The position numbers and the translations under genes are program-made. 64,000 nucleotides of DNA, taken from contig JAJYJH010000011.1 of NCBI GenBank assembly GCA_021789695.1, positions 486-64,485 on the forward strand. The letters are read 5' to 3'. Below, one piece after another: positions 17,510-28,440 of the stretch. The stretch is from a bacterium. Lineage in GTDB: Bacteria > Elusimicrobiota > Elusimicrobia > Elusimicrobiales > UBA9959. The notes beneath the pieces are model-generated. The model made no database searches. It saw nothing but the letters and a program-made list of their open reading frames with translations, and was not told the DNA's origin. The stretch's first letter is position 1. Each line of letters begins with the position of its first letter.

Positions 17510-18358
17510 ATGAGAAAGAACAGAACGCTGTTGCTGCTGCTCCTGCTGCCGGCCCTCTCCGGCTGCGCCTCCTTCAACTCCGGCGACCTGGCGGTGAACA
17601 GGCGCGAGGCCAGGGAGATGGCTTCCGACAAGGGAATAACGCCGTTCGCGAAGCTGGAGGTCTCCTGGAAGAACTTCCCCTATCGTTCGATGGAGGACTA
17701 CATCGGCGAGGGCTCTATCTCCAATCCCAAGCGGATAGTTCCGGTGCCGGTATCGCCGGAAGACGGGGACGCTTTCGCCGAAAAGGCGAGGGAGATCTTC
17801 AAAAGATCAGGACTTTACGACAGGGAGCGCGGCCGCGGCACGCTGCGGCTGGAACTGACCAGCTTCGGCCGCTGGACCTACAGCGAGCTTTTCCGCTCCT
17901 TCCTGGTGGACACCGGGTTTATCTTCATACTCCCCGCCTCGCTGCGCGTAAATTATTATCTGGCCGCCGAATTCGAGGTGCCGGGCGGCCCGATGCGGGT
18001 AGCCGAGGAGGCGCACAACAAGACTACCTTCCACCTGCTGCTGGCCCCCCTGTACCCTTTCTTCTCCCCCGGGGCCAGGGAAAGCTCGCTTTTAAAGAAA
18101 ATGCTGCTGCGCTCTGCGGCGGATGTGTACGAGAAGCTCAAGGCGGCCGGGGTTCCAGCGGAGAAACTCCCGCCGGAACCCAAGGAACGGGGGAATCCGC
18201 CCCCGGCCGTTCCCGAACCGCCGATGCAGCCAGACAGGACCTGGATACCGGGAACGACCTCGAACGAGGCCCCCGCCGGGGATACGGGGCAGATCAGCCC
18301 AGACCAGCCCGACCGGAGCTGGGCCGTGCCGGCGAACGGGGCGCAGCCCTCCCGGTGA
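17510..18358 (+). CDS. Lipoprotein of unknown function with a Pro-rich C-terminal tail
   Basis: ATG at 17510 gives MRKNRTLLLLLLLPALSGC, a lipobox. The tail contains a QPDRTW / QPDRSW repeat. Confidence 0.65.
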   Translation: MRKNRTLLLLLLLPALSGCASFNSGDLAVNRREAREMASDKGITPFAKLEVSWKNFPYRSMEDYIGEGSISNPKRIVPVPVSPEDGDAFAEKAREIFKRSGLYDRERGRGTLRLELTSFGRWTYSELFRSFLVDTGFIFILPASLRVNYYLAAEFEVPGGPMRVAEEAHNKTTFHLLLAPLYPFFSPGARESSLLKKMLLRSAADVYEKLKAAGVPAEKLPPEPKERGNPPPAVPEPPMQPDRTWIPGTTSNEAPAGDTGQISPDQPDRSWAVPANGAQPSR

Positions 18359-18370
18359 GCCCGGTAAAAA

Positions 18371-18403
18371 AGAAGAGCCCCGCCTGAAAAGCGGGGCTCT
18401 TCT
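18371..18403. terminator. Bidirectional intrinsic terminator between convergent genes
   Basis: 13-bp stem agaagagccccgc / gcggggctcttct with a 7-nt loop. It is flanked by an A-run and a T-rich stretch. Confidence 0.7.
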
Positions 18404-18421
18404 TTGCGGGCCCGGCCAGGC

Positions 18422-18997
18422 CTATTTCCCGGAAGCCGGGCTTGCGCCAGCCCCCTGCGAGGGCTGTTCGCCAGGCTTCCCGGAGGACTGCGCCTCCGTC
18501 CGCGCGGAAGTCTCCCCGGCAGGTTCCCCCGTCGGCGCGGCGGCAGGCTTTGCGGCGGCACCGGGGGCCTGCCCGGCCCCGGCGGCGGGCTTTGCGCCGG
18601 GCTGGGGAAGGTTCCTCAGGGCTTCCTGCGCGTCCTTAACGAAACAGCTGTCGGGATTGTCCTTTATGAATTTGTTCAGGGCGTCGCGGCCGGCGCCGGG
18701 GTCCCCGTTCACGACCAGTTCCACGGCAGAGACCAGCTGCTTCCGCTCGTCGTCCAGCTTCTTCCGCGCCTTCTCGGAGATGCCGCCTTTCCAGTAGAGC
18801 GCGTAGGGGTCCTCGTTCTGGTTGGCGCCGCGCACCGCGGCCACGGCCGAGACGCGGGTCTTGGACTCCAGCCTCGCCTCCACCTTGGCCTTGAGGCCAC
18901 TCAGCATGTTGACGTACCACGTCCTCCAGCCGCCCCCGGCCGCCCCGGCCGTTCCAGCGGCGAAGAACAGCGCGAACAAGACAAATGCTCTTTTCAT
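18422..18997 (-). CDS. Secreted hypothetical protein with an Ala/Pro/Gly-rich C-terminus
   Basis: Signal peptide MKRAFVLFALFFAAGTAGA. An RBS (GGGAGGGAGG) lies 16 nt after the stop of the upstream NHL/TPR gene, so co-transcription is likely. Confidence 0.65.
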   Translation of the reverse strand: MKRAFVLFALFFAAGTAGAAGGGWRTWYVNMLSGLKAKVEARLESKTRVSAVAAVRGANQNEDPYALYWKGGISEKARKKLDDERKQLVSAVELVVNGDPGAGRDALNKFIKDNPDSCFVKDAQEALRNLPQPGAKPAAGAGQAPGAAAKPAAAPTGEPAGETSARTEAQSSGKPGEQPSQGAGASPASGK

Positions 18998-19013
18998 CGT
19001 ATGCCTCCCTCCC

Positions 19014-22000
19014 TCACTTGGAAAGCTTGTCCGCCAGGGTCTGCAGCCCTGGATCTATCTTGGCGGCGCGGGCCGCGAAGGCCCTGACGTCGTCCTTGTT
19101 CCCCTGCTTGGCCGCGACCCTAGCCAGGTTGAGCCAGATGTTCCCGTCGAACGGGTCGGCCTTTGACGCCTTGAAGTAATATTCCCTGGCCTCGTCGTAT
19201 CTGCCGGCTTCGAAGCTCAGGTTCCCAAGGTCGTTGAGCGCGGCGGCGTTGAACGGCTCCTTCTCCAGCACCTTCTTGAAGCAGGCTTCAGCCTCGTCGT
19301 AATGCTTGTACTGGGCGTGCGCTATGCCCAGCGACATATTGGCTTCGACGTCGCCGGGAGCCGAACGCAGGATGCTTCCGTAATACTCCTTGAGATGGGC
19401 GTAGCGGAGTGCGGCGAGCGCGTCTATAGCCTTCCGGACGCGGTCAGGCAGGCCCGGCATAGAGAATTTCATCGGGGAACTTTCTTCGGGCAGCGTCACC
19501 GGCTCGAATTCCGTCATCGCCTTGCGCACGTCTATCACGCGCACTTCGTCCTTCATCTTCCTGTACAGGTCGGCCTCGTGCATTATCGCGTCGTAGAAGC
19601 TCTTGCCGACCATGGTCGTCTCCAAGCCGACCCACCACGTGTTGTCGCGCTTGATCAGGTACTCCGCGGGGATGCCGACCCTGTCCGCGTCGGTTTCGCC
19701 GGTGTCGAACATCAGCGCGATATGGCTTGGATAGTCCAGCAGCGCCGTGTGCAGCCCGGAGGCCTCGAAGACGCTGGCGAAGAGAGCGGCCAGGTCGTCG
19801 CAGTCCCCGCTCTTGAGCGTGAGGGTGTTGCGCGGGAACTGCACCGTATCCAGCGGCACGGCGGCGCTAGATTTCAGGACCTCGAACGGACTGACCGGGT
19901 CGGACATGTAGGTAAGGCCGTATTCGCCCAGCGCCTCCCAGTCGAGCAGGGCGGTCAGCAGGTTGTCGTTCAGAGAGCCGGAGTCATTGGCGAGGTCCTT
20001 CTTCTGCAGCAGCGCGAAGGTTCGGAACGCGGTGATCGGGCCGTCGTTGACGGTTATGAAGTTGCCAAGACGCGAGGCGTCGTCCCACACTATAGCGTTC
20101 TTGGAGAGCACCGTGACTGGCTGGGTAAGGGTAAAGGTCTTCTCTTCCCCGTCCTGGTAATAGGTCAGCCTCAGCTGGCACTGTATCGGCGTGTTTTCCG
20201 TTATGCCGAGGATGCGGTTGTTAAGCGTTGCCAGCAGCGGAACGTCCACTGAGCTGCGGGCCTTGACCAGCGGCACCACAGTGTCGCTCGGGAAGTCCAT
20301 AAAATCCTTGAAGTTGAAGGACAGCTTGACGTTGGAGAAGTCGGTGCCGGTATTGTTCTTCACCGTCACAACGCCGACCGGGTTCTTCTGGTAGTACTTG
20401 TAGTTGGCCGAGAAGATATAATCCAGATGCGCCGGGACTATCTCCATCGGAGGCGCGTTCTTGTTATCGGCCGGCGGGGCGGCAGCGGCGGGGACCGGGG
20501 TTTCGTTACCCTTGTAATAGACCTCTGCGGGAACCGACAGCTCTCCCTGCCCCCCGCTCGCCGAAAGGGCGGCCACATAATAGTAGTAGGTAGTCCCGGG
20601 AACCAGGGACCTGTCCTCGAAAGATGGCTCCCTGGAGGGGCCTATCTCCGCTATCTTCCCGCCCTCGCCGGCGGCGCGGAAGACCTTGAAGCCGTCGGTC
20701 CAGGCGTTGCTCTCCCCCTTCCAGGAAAGACCAACGCTCTCCTCGCCGACCTTGGCGGAGAGAGCCGAGGGCTGCCGCGGCAGGTAGCCGACATCGAAGA
20801 CCGCCACGCGCTGGGCGCCCGGGTCGGAGATATAGAGCCGGTCTCCGGAGAAGGCCAGCTGGGCCGGGTCCCAGAGCTCGCGGCCCCCGCGCCCCCTGGC
20901 GAAGAAGCTGGCGACCAACTTGCCGCCGCGGTCGAAGATTTTTACGCTGCTGGTACCTTTGTCCAGCACGTAGAAGAAGCCTTTCCCGTCGTAGGCCAGC
21001 GAGACCGGGTCCTGCAGGCTGCCGGAACCGTCCCAGAGCCCTATGAACTTACCCATCGCGTCGGTAACTATGACCTTTTTCAGCCCTTCGTCAAGGATGT
21101 AGACGTTCCCGTCCTCGTCGCAGACCACGGAAACGGGCCTGTCAAGCACGGCCCCGCCCAGCTGCTGACTCATGGCGAAGAGGAACATGCCGTCGTGGCT
21201 GAAGGCCTTGACGCGCCTGTTCCCCGTGTCCGCCACGTAGATGTTCCCGAGGGAGTTGACCGCCACCGCCGAAGGGGAGCGGAACTCCCCCTCTCCGGAG
21301 CCGCTTTCCCCGAACATATTCTCATAGGAGCCGTCCGGCTTGAAGATCTCCACGCGGTCGTTGCCGGTGTCGGCGACGTAGATGTCGCCCTTGGGGCCTA
21401 CGAAGAGGCCCCCCGGGGAGCGAAGCTGCCCCTGGAGCCTTCCTTCCTTCGCCAGCGTCTTTTTCGCGGCGCCGTCGAAAAGGTCGAGCTCGCGGGCCTT
21501 GTCGAGCCAGGCCGCTATCCCCCCTCCGGGAGCGACGGAGAAAGCGCTGGCGTCCGCGGCGACCTCGGCCTCCGGCCCTTTCACCAGGAAGCGGGCCAGC
21601 GGGGCGGCTTCCGGCAGGCGGGGCCCCTTGTAGGCGGTGACCACCGTGATTGTGACCACTTTTTTGTTGCCCGCGTCGCAGAGGTAGAGCGTGCCGTCCC
21701 CGCCTATGGCTATGTCGCGCAGGTCGAGGAACTCGGCCTTGCCCCGGCCGCGCGTGCCGAACGTGCCGCGGTTCTCTCCGGTCTCGGAGAGTTCTATGAC
21801 CTTGCCCTCCCGGGAGTCGATGGCGTAGACGTAGCCGTACTTGTTGAAAGCGGCCCCGTCGTTGGGCAGGTCGTATTCCTTGAGCAGCTTGCCGGTCCTG
21901 TCGTAGCGCTGCAGCAGGCCGCGGCCGGGATCGGAAACAAGCACGTCCCCGGACCGGCTGAGGGATATCTTGGCTGGCTCCAGACGGGTCACACCGTCCG

Positions 22001-22484
22001 ATTTTAATACGGGAAAGGAGTAAAGATAAATCCCATCGGAGTTGTAGACCTCGACGCGGGAATTGCCGGTGTCGGAGACGTAAACGCTGTCGTCGGGCCC
22101 GTAGGCTATACCCTCCGGGGATTTGAGCTGCCCCGGCTCGCTCCCTTTCCCGGAGAAGGTCCATAGCGGCTTGCCGGAGGCGTCGAATACCGCAACGCGC
22201 GAGTTGCCGGTGTCGGCGACGTAGAGCTTTCCGCTCCCGAAAGCCAGCGCGGAAGGGGAATCGAGTCCGCTGGAAATCTTCCCGACCTGCCGGCCCGCCG
22301 CGTCGAACTCGAAGACGGCGTTGGCCTTGGAATCGGCCACGAAGAAGGTGCCGCTGGCGACAGCCACCGCCGACGGCTTCTGGAAGGCCGGGCTCTGCAC
22401 CATGTTTCTGAACTCTATCTTCTCGTACGCCTGGGAAAAGGCGGCCATGCCCATCAAAGCGGCCGAAAGGATAACGCGTTTCAT
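19014..22484 (-). CDS. Giant exported protein: multiple NHL repeats, one FN3 domain, a transglutaminase-like cysteine-protease-fold domain, and C-terminal TPR repeats
   Basis: ATG at 22482-22484 follows a GGAGG RBS and gives the signal peptide MKRVILSAALMGMAAFSQA. YVADTGN.RV..F-type NHL motifs recur about 12 times. An FN3 motif is present (PGTTYYYYVAALS). SGDCDDLAALFASVFEASGL ... PSHIALMF supplies a Cys/His pair as in the transglutaminase core (Cys codon 19800-19802). The last ~130 aa are TPR-like. Confidence 0.8.
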   Translation of the reverse strand: MKRVILSAALMGMAAFSQAYEKIEFRNMVQSPAFQKPSAVAVASGTFFVADSKANAVFEFDAAGRQVGKISSGLDSPSALAFGSGKLYVADTGNSRVAVFDASGKPLWTFSGKGSEPGQLKSPEGIAYGPDDSVYVSDTGNSRVEVYNSDGIYLYSFPVLKSDGVTRLEPAKISLSRSGDVLVSDPGRGLLQRYDRTGKLLKEYDLPNDGAAFNKYGYVYAIDSREGKVIELSETGENRGTFGTRGRGKAEFLDLRDIAIGGDGTLYLCDAGNKKVVTITVVTAYKGPRLPEAAPLARFLVKGPEAEVAADASAFSVAPGGGIAAWLDKARELDLFDGAAKKTLAKEGRLQGQLRSPGGLFVGPKGDIYVADTGNDRVEIFKPDGSYENMFGESGSGEGEFRSPSAVAVNSLGNIYVADTGNRRVKAFSHDGMFLFAMSQQLGGAVLDRPVSVVCDEDGNVYILDEGLKKVIVTDAMGKFIGLWDGSGSLQDPVSLAYDGKGFFYVLDKGTSSVKIFDRGGKLVASFFARGRGGRELWDPAQLAFSGDRLYISDPGAQRVAVFDVGYLPRQPSALSAKVGEESVGLSWKGESNAWTDGFKVFRAAGEGGKIAEIGPSREPSFEDRSLVPGTTYYYYVAALSASGGQGELSVPAEVYYKGNETPVPAAAAPPADNKNAPPMEIVPAHLDYIFSANYKYYQKNPVGVVTVKNNTGTDFSNVKLSFNFKDFMDFPSDTVVPLVKARSSVDVPLLATLNNRILGITENTPIQCQLRLTYYQDGEEKTFTLTQPVTVLSKNAIVWDDASRLGNFITVNDGPITAFRTFALLQKKDLANDSGSLNDNLLTALLDWEALGEYGLTYMSDPVSPFEVLKSSAAVPLDTVQFPRNTLTLKSGDCDDLAALFASVFEASGLHTALLDYPSHIALMFDTGETDADRVGIPAEYLIKRDNTWWVGLETTMVGKSFYDAIMHEADLYRKMKDEVRVIDVRKAMTEFEPVTLPEESSPMKFSMPGLPDRVRKAIDALAALRYAHLKEYYGSILRSAPGDVEANMSLGIAHAQYKHYDEAEACFKKVLEKEPFNAAALNDLGNLSFEAGRYDEAREYYFKASKADPFDGNIWLNLARVAAKQGNKDDVRAFAARAAKIDPGLQTLADKLSK

Positions 22485-22644
22485 TTTAATGCCTCCCCTT
22501 AACCGACGCTGCTCAGGAACGGCAAAAAAAGGCCGCAACAAACCGGACGCCATTCCCCCGGCTATTCTATTATATTTCGCCGCCGCTTTTGCAACCGGGG
22601 AAACGGTATTAACCGGGCTTATAACCGGCATTAGCAGTTCGTTA

Positions 22645-22674
22645 TTGCCTGGAACGTTGTTAATTTTTTATGAT
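22645..22674 (+). promoter_or_regulatory. Candidate sigma70-type promoter for the sdh operon
   Basis: TTGCCT (22645-22650), an 18-nt spacer, then TATGAT (22669-22674), in an AT-rich divergent intergenic region about 45 nt upstream of sdhC. This is a sequence match only. Confidence 0.3.
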
Positions 22675-22717
22675 AATAGTCATCCCACAATAAAAACCGG
22701 AGCCGCTGATACCGCTT

Positions 22718-23401
22718 ATGGACACTACTTTTCTGAAGAAACTTATCACCACCTCGCTCGGCCGCAAGTCGCTGATGGCCGTCACCGGCCTGCTGCTGGG
22801 CGCCTTCATGTTGATACACCTTGGAGAAAATCTGCTGCTGCTCAAGGGAGAGACCGCCTACAACGGCTGGGTGGAATTCCTGCTCTCCAACCCGGTAACC
22901 CCGCTGCTGGAGTTCGGCCTGCTGTTGCTCTTCGTAGTGCATATAACCGCCGGCGTCTGGGTACGCGTGGAGGACTTCCTGAACTCCCCGCGCGGCTACG
23001 AGGCCCGCCGCTGGCAGGGCGGGCGCACGATAGGTTCGGCCACCATGCTCTACACGGCGGCGGCCATCCTCGTCTATCTGCTCTACCATATGCTGACCTT
23101 CCGCTTCGTGGACCACTCGATGGGTTTCTACCAGATGGTCACCGGGGCCTTCCGCAGCCCGGTCTTCACCTCCATATACGTGGCGGGCTCCGCCGCGCTG
23201 GCGCTGCACCTCAGCCACGGCATGCAGAGCGCTTTCCAGACACTGGGGCTCAACCACCCTAAGTACACCCCACTGATAAAGGCGGGAGGCTGGCTGGTGG
23301 CGCTGGCCATGCTGGGCTTCGCCCTTATTTCGCTGTATTTCCTGTTCAATATGGACCTAAAGGCGGCCGAAGCCGGCTTCCAGGTCATCATCATCAGGTA
23401 A
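22718..23401 (+). CDS. sdhC: Succinate dehydrogenase / fumarate reductase cytochrome b subunit (single-subunit b558 type)
   Basis: The 227-aa product has about 5 TM segments with conserved His residues. It sits immediately upstream of the flavoprotein and FeS subunits. Confidence 0.8.
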   Translation: MDTTFLKKLITTSLGRKSLMAVTGLLLGAFMLIHLGENLLLLKGETAYNGWVEFLLSNPVTPLLEFGLLLLFVVHITAGVWVRVEDFLNSPRGYEARRWQGGRTIGSATMLYTAAAILVYLLYHMLTFRFVDHSMGFYQMVTGAFRSPVFTSIYVAGSAALALHLSHGMQSAFQTLGLNHPKYTPLIKAGGWLVALAMLGFALISLYFLFNMDLKAAEAGFQVIIIR

Positions 23402-23419
23402 CGGAACCCCGGAGGAACG

Positions 23420-25333
<1,914 letters not shown>

Positions 25334-25347
25334 CTCCGGAGCTTACC

Positions 25348-26115
25348 ATGAAACAGAACAAGCAATTCAACGTCACCGTAAGGGTCTGGAGACAGGCCGG
25401 ACCGGGGGAACCAGGCAAGATGGTCTCCTACAAGGTCGGGGACATCTCACCGGACATGTCCTTTCTGGAGATGCTGGACGTCCTGAACGACGACCTCCTG
25501 AAAAAAGGGGAGGAGCCGATAGCGGTGGAGAGCGACTGCCGCGAGGGCATCTGCGGCTGCTGCGGCCTCGTAATCAACGGGGACGTGCACGGCCCGGACG
25601 AGCACTCCACCGTCTGCCAGCTCCATATGCGCAGGTTTAAGGACGGCGACGTAATAACCGTGGAGCCTTGGCGCTCAAAGTCCTTTCCGGCGATAAAGGA
25701 CCTTGTGGTGGACCGTTCCGCCTTGGACAGGATCATGCAGGCCGGAGGCTTCGTCTCCGTCAACGCCGGCGCGGCGCCTGACGCGAACTCCGTGCCGGTG
25801 GACAGGGACAGGGCGGAGGCGGCCATGGACGCCGCGGCCTGCATAGGCTGCGGGGCCTGCGTGGCGGCCTGCCCGAACGGGGCCGCGATGCTCTTCACCG
25901 GAGCCAAGATCTCGCAGCTGGCGCTGCTGCCGCAGGGAGCGCCGGAGCGCGCGGCGCGCGCGCTGAACATGGTGGAAGCCATGGACAGGGAAGGCTTCGG
26001 CAACTGCACGAACGAGTACGAGTGCGAGGCGGTCTGCCCGAAGGAGATAAAAGTCTCCAACATCGCCCGCATGAACCGCGAGTTCCTGCTGGCGAACCTG
26101 TTCTCTAAGAGGTAG
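25348..26115 (+). CDS. sdhB: Succinate dehydrogenase / fumarate reductase iron-sulfur subunit
   Basis: Cys clusters [22 protein letters not shown] and CEAVCP, typical of the 2Fe-2S/4Fe-4S/3Fe-4S subunit. Confidence 0.9.
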   Translation: MKQNKQFNVTVRVWRQAGPGEPGKMVSYKVGDISPDMSFLEMLDVLNDDLLKKGEEPIAVESDCREGICGCCGLVINGDVHGPDEHSTVCQLHMRRFKDGDVITVEPWRSKSFPAIKDLVVDRSALDRIMQAGGFVSVNAGAAPDANSVPVDRDRAEAAMDAAACIGCGACVAACPNGAAMLFTGAKISQLALLPQGAPERAARALNMVEAMDREGFGNCTNEYECEAVCPKEIKVSNIARMNREFLLANLFSKR

Positions 26116-26300
26116 AAGTCACAAGCGCCCGTCAGTCCCGGCTGGCGCCACTAGGGGACTTTTCCAAAAACGCGCGGGGACCTGAACATATCGGGCCGTC
26201 CACCCGCGCCGTGGGCCCGCTCGGCTTTCGCCCGCCGCGCCGTCCGTACTGCACGCATCACAGCGTCATCCTCCCGGGAACAGGACGAAGGAAATCAGCT

Positions 26301-27917
26301 ATGGCGGAATTCAAATATACGGAAATATTCCAGCTGGAGGAGAGCAAGGCGGAGTTCAGGCTGTTCTCCAGGGAAGGGGTGGCGGTCTCCCGGGACGGCG
26401 GGCGGGAGATCCTGGAAGTGACCCCGGAGGCGCTGACCGCGCTGGCGCGCGAGGCGATGCGCGACGTCTCATTCCTGCTGCGCCGCGCCCACAACAAGCA
26501 GGTGGCCGCCATCTTTCCGGACCCGGCGGCCTCGGACAACGACAGATTCGTGGCCTGGTGCATGCTGGAGAACGCGGCCATCTCGGCTGACTTCGAGCTG
26601 CCCTTCTGCCAGGACACCGGCACCGCGACGATAGTGGCCAAGAAAGGCGAGCAAGTCTGGACCCGCTCCGACGACGCCGAGGCGCTCTCGCGCGGGGTCT
26701 GGCAGACCTACACCGGCGAGAATCTGCGCTACTCGCAGAACCTGCCGCTGGACCTGTACCGCGAAAGGAATTCCGGCGACAACCTGCCGGCGCAAATAGA
26801 CATCTACGCCAGGCCCGGCATGACGTACGAGTTCCTCTTCGTGGCCAAGGGCGGCGGCTGCGCCAACAAGACCTTCTTCTACCAGGAGACCCGCGCGCTG
26901 CTCGCGCCGGCGACGCTCAAGCCGTTCCTGATCGAGAAGATGAAGACCCTCGGCACCGCCGCCTGCCCGCCGTACCATATCGCCTTCGTTATAGGCGGCA
27001 CCTCGGCCGAGATGTGCCTGAAGACCGTAAAGCTGGCCAGCACCGGCTATCTGGACGGTCTGCCGGACAGCCCCGGAAACGACGGACGCGCGTTCCGGGA
27101 CAAGGCCATGGAGGCGGAGTTGCTGGAGGCCTCGCGGCACGTCGGTTTCGGCGCGCAGTTTGGCGGCAAGTACTTCGCGCACGACGTGCGCGTCGTGCGC
27201 CTGCCCCGCCACGGCGCCTCGCTGCCAATAGGCTTAGGCGTCTCCTGCTCGGCCGACCGCAATATCCTGGCCCGCATAGACCGCGACGGCCTCTGGCTGG
27301 AGGAGCTCGACCATAAACCGGGGGACCTGATACCGAAGGAGATACGCGCGAAGTATTCCTCCTGCGCCAGCTGCGAGAGCGTGGACCTGAACAGGCCGAT
27401 GCAGGAGATAACCGCGCAGCTCTCTAAATACCCGGTCGGAACGCGCCTGTCGCTAAACGGCCGCATCGTAGTCGCGCGCGATATCGCGCACGCAAAGTTC
27501 AAGGAGCTGCTGGACGCCGGCAAGCCGCTGCCGGACTATCTGCTGAGACACCCGGTCTACTACGCCGGGCCGGCCAAGACCCCAAAGGGTAAGGCTTCCG
27601 GCTCGTTCGGCCCGACCACGGCCGGCCGTATGGACTCCTACGTGGACCTGCTGCAGGCCAAAGGCGCGTCGCTGGTTATGATAGCCAAGGGGAACCGCTC
27701 GCAGGCAGTTACCGACGCCTGCGGGAAGCATGGCGGCTTCTACCTCGGCTCCCCCGGCGGCCCGGCCGCCCTGCTGGGTCAGCGCCACATAAAAAAGGTG
27801 GAGCAGCTGGACTACCCGGAACTGGGCATGGAAGCCGTCTGGGGAGTCGACGTGGAAGATTTCCCGGTCTTCGTGCTGGTGGACGACAAGGGCGGGGACT
27901 TTTTCCGGCGCTCCTGA
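26301..27917 (+). CDS. fumA: Class I (Fe-S dependent) fumarate hydratase, fused alpha/beta type
   Basis: ATG at 26301 follows an RBS. The CQDTGTA motif is present, and the 538-aa length matches the FumA/FumB/TtdAB-fused layout. Confidence 0.85.
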   Translation: MAEFKYTEIFQLEESKAEFRLFSREGVAVSRDGGREILEVTPEALTALAREAMRDVSFLLRRAHNKQVAAIFPDPAASDNDRFVAWCMLENAAISADFELPFCQDTGTATIVAKKGEQVWTRSDDAEALSRGVWQTYTGENLRYSQNLPLDLYRERNSGDNLPAQIDIYARPGMTYEFLFVAKGGGCANKTFFYQETRALLAPATLKPFLIEKMKTLGTAACPPYHIAFVIGGTSAEMCLKTVKLASTGYLDGLPDSPGNDGRAFRDKAMEAELLEASRHVGFGAQFGGKYFAHDVRVVRLPRHGASLPIGLGVSCSADRNILARIDRDGLWLEELDHKPGDLIPKEIRAKYSSCASCESVDLNRPMQEITAQLSKYPVGTRLSLNGRIVVARDIAHAKFKELLDAGKPLPDYLLRHPVYYAGPAKTPKGKASGSFGPTTAGRMDSYVDLLQAKGASLVMIAKGNRSQAVTDACGKHGGFYLGSPGGPAALLGQRHIKKVEQLDYPELGMEAVWGVDVEDFPVFVLVDDKGGDFFRRS

Positions 27918-27951
27918 CCGGCGGCTCCCGCCGCGGCTGGAGACTATTTGT

Positions 27952-28440
27952 ATGTTTTCCGCAGAGGACGGGAGAAAGGGCCTCTTTTGCCGCTTTTTTT
28001 CTCCGGCCGGAGGGACGCCATTGTTCGAAATTTCAGCTGGATCAGGTGACGCTACGCTGAAGGCAGGCGCTGACAGCGCCGAAGGGCTTTTCCGCGAGCT
28101 GGCGCTCGGCTTCAGCGTCCTGAGCCGGAGCGGCGCGGAGGTCAGGCCGCTGGAGAAGCGCCGCGTGTCGCTGTCGGCACCCGACGGAGAGTCTCTGCTG
28201 GTGAATTTTATTAACGAACTGGTGTTCCTGCTGGACACTCAGGGTTTCCTGCCCGCCGGCCTGGAAGGGATGGTCTCGCTGGCAGGGAATGCCTGCCGCC
28301 TCGAGGCGGAACTGCCCGGGGAGACCGCGCCTCCCGGGCTCCGGCAAGACGGCAAGCTGGCGAAAGCCGCCACCTACCACGCCCTGAAATTGGAACTACG
28401 GGACGGAATCTGGCGCGCGGAGGTGACCCTGGACCTATGA
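27952..28440 (+). CDS. Archease (RtcB activator) family protein
   Basis: Size, position and C-terminal features fit archease (ATYHALKLE...W.AEV.LDL). The stop overlaps the rtcB ATG (ATGA at 28437-28440). The usual HTAD segment reads GSGDAT here. Confidence 0.65.
   Translation: MFSAEDGRKGLFCRFFSPAGGTPLFEISAGSGDATLKAGADSAEGLFRELALGFSVLSRSGAEVRPLEKRRVSLSAPDGESLLVNFINELVFLLDTQGFLPAGLEGMVSLAGNACRLEAELPGETAPPGLRQDGKLAKAATYHALKLELRDGIWRAEVTLDL

Noticed and set aside
20427-22007. 526-aa plus-strand ORF
   Set aside because: It is an antisense shadow of the NHL-repeat gene. Its composition is dominated by Arg/Gly/Pro/Ala/Val, as expected from a GC-rich reverse frame, and it has no RBS or motif. The same reasoning applies to 19302-20252 and 21322-22164.
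26116-26300. 185-bp spacer between sdhB and the fumarate hydratase gene as a possible small gene or riboswitch
   Set aside because: There is no open frame with an RBS, no terminator-like hairpin and no recognisable RNA motif. The track's extension of the fumarase ORF into this region (from 26211) is Arg/Pro-rich and was trimmed to the ATG at 26301.
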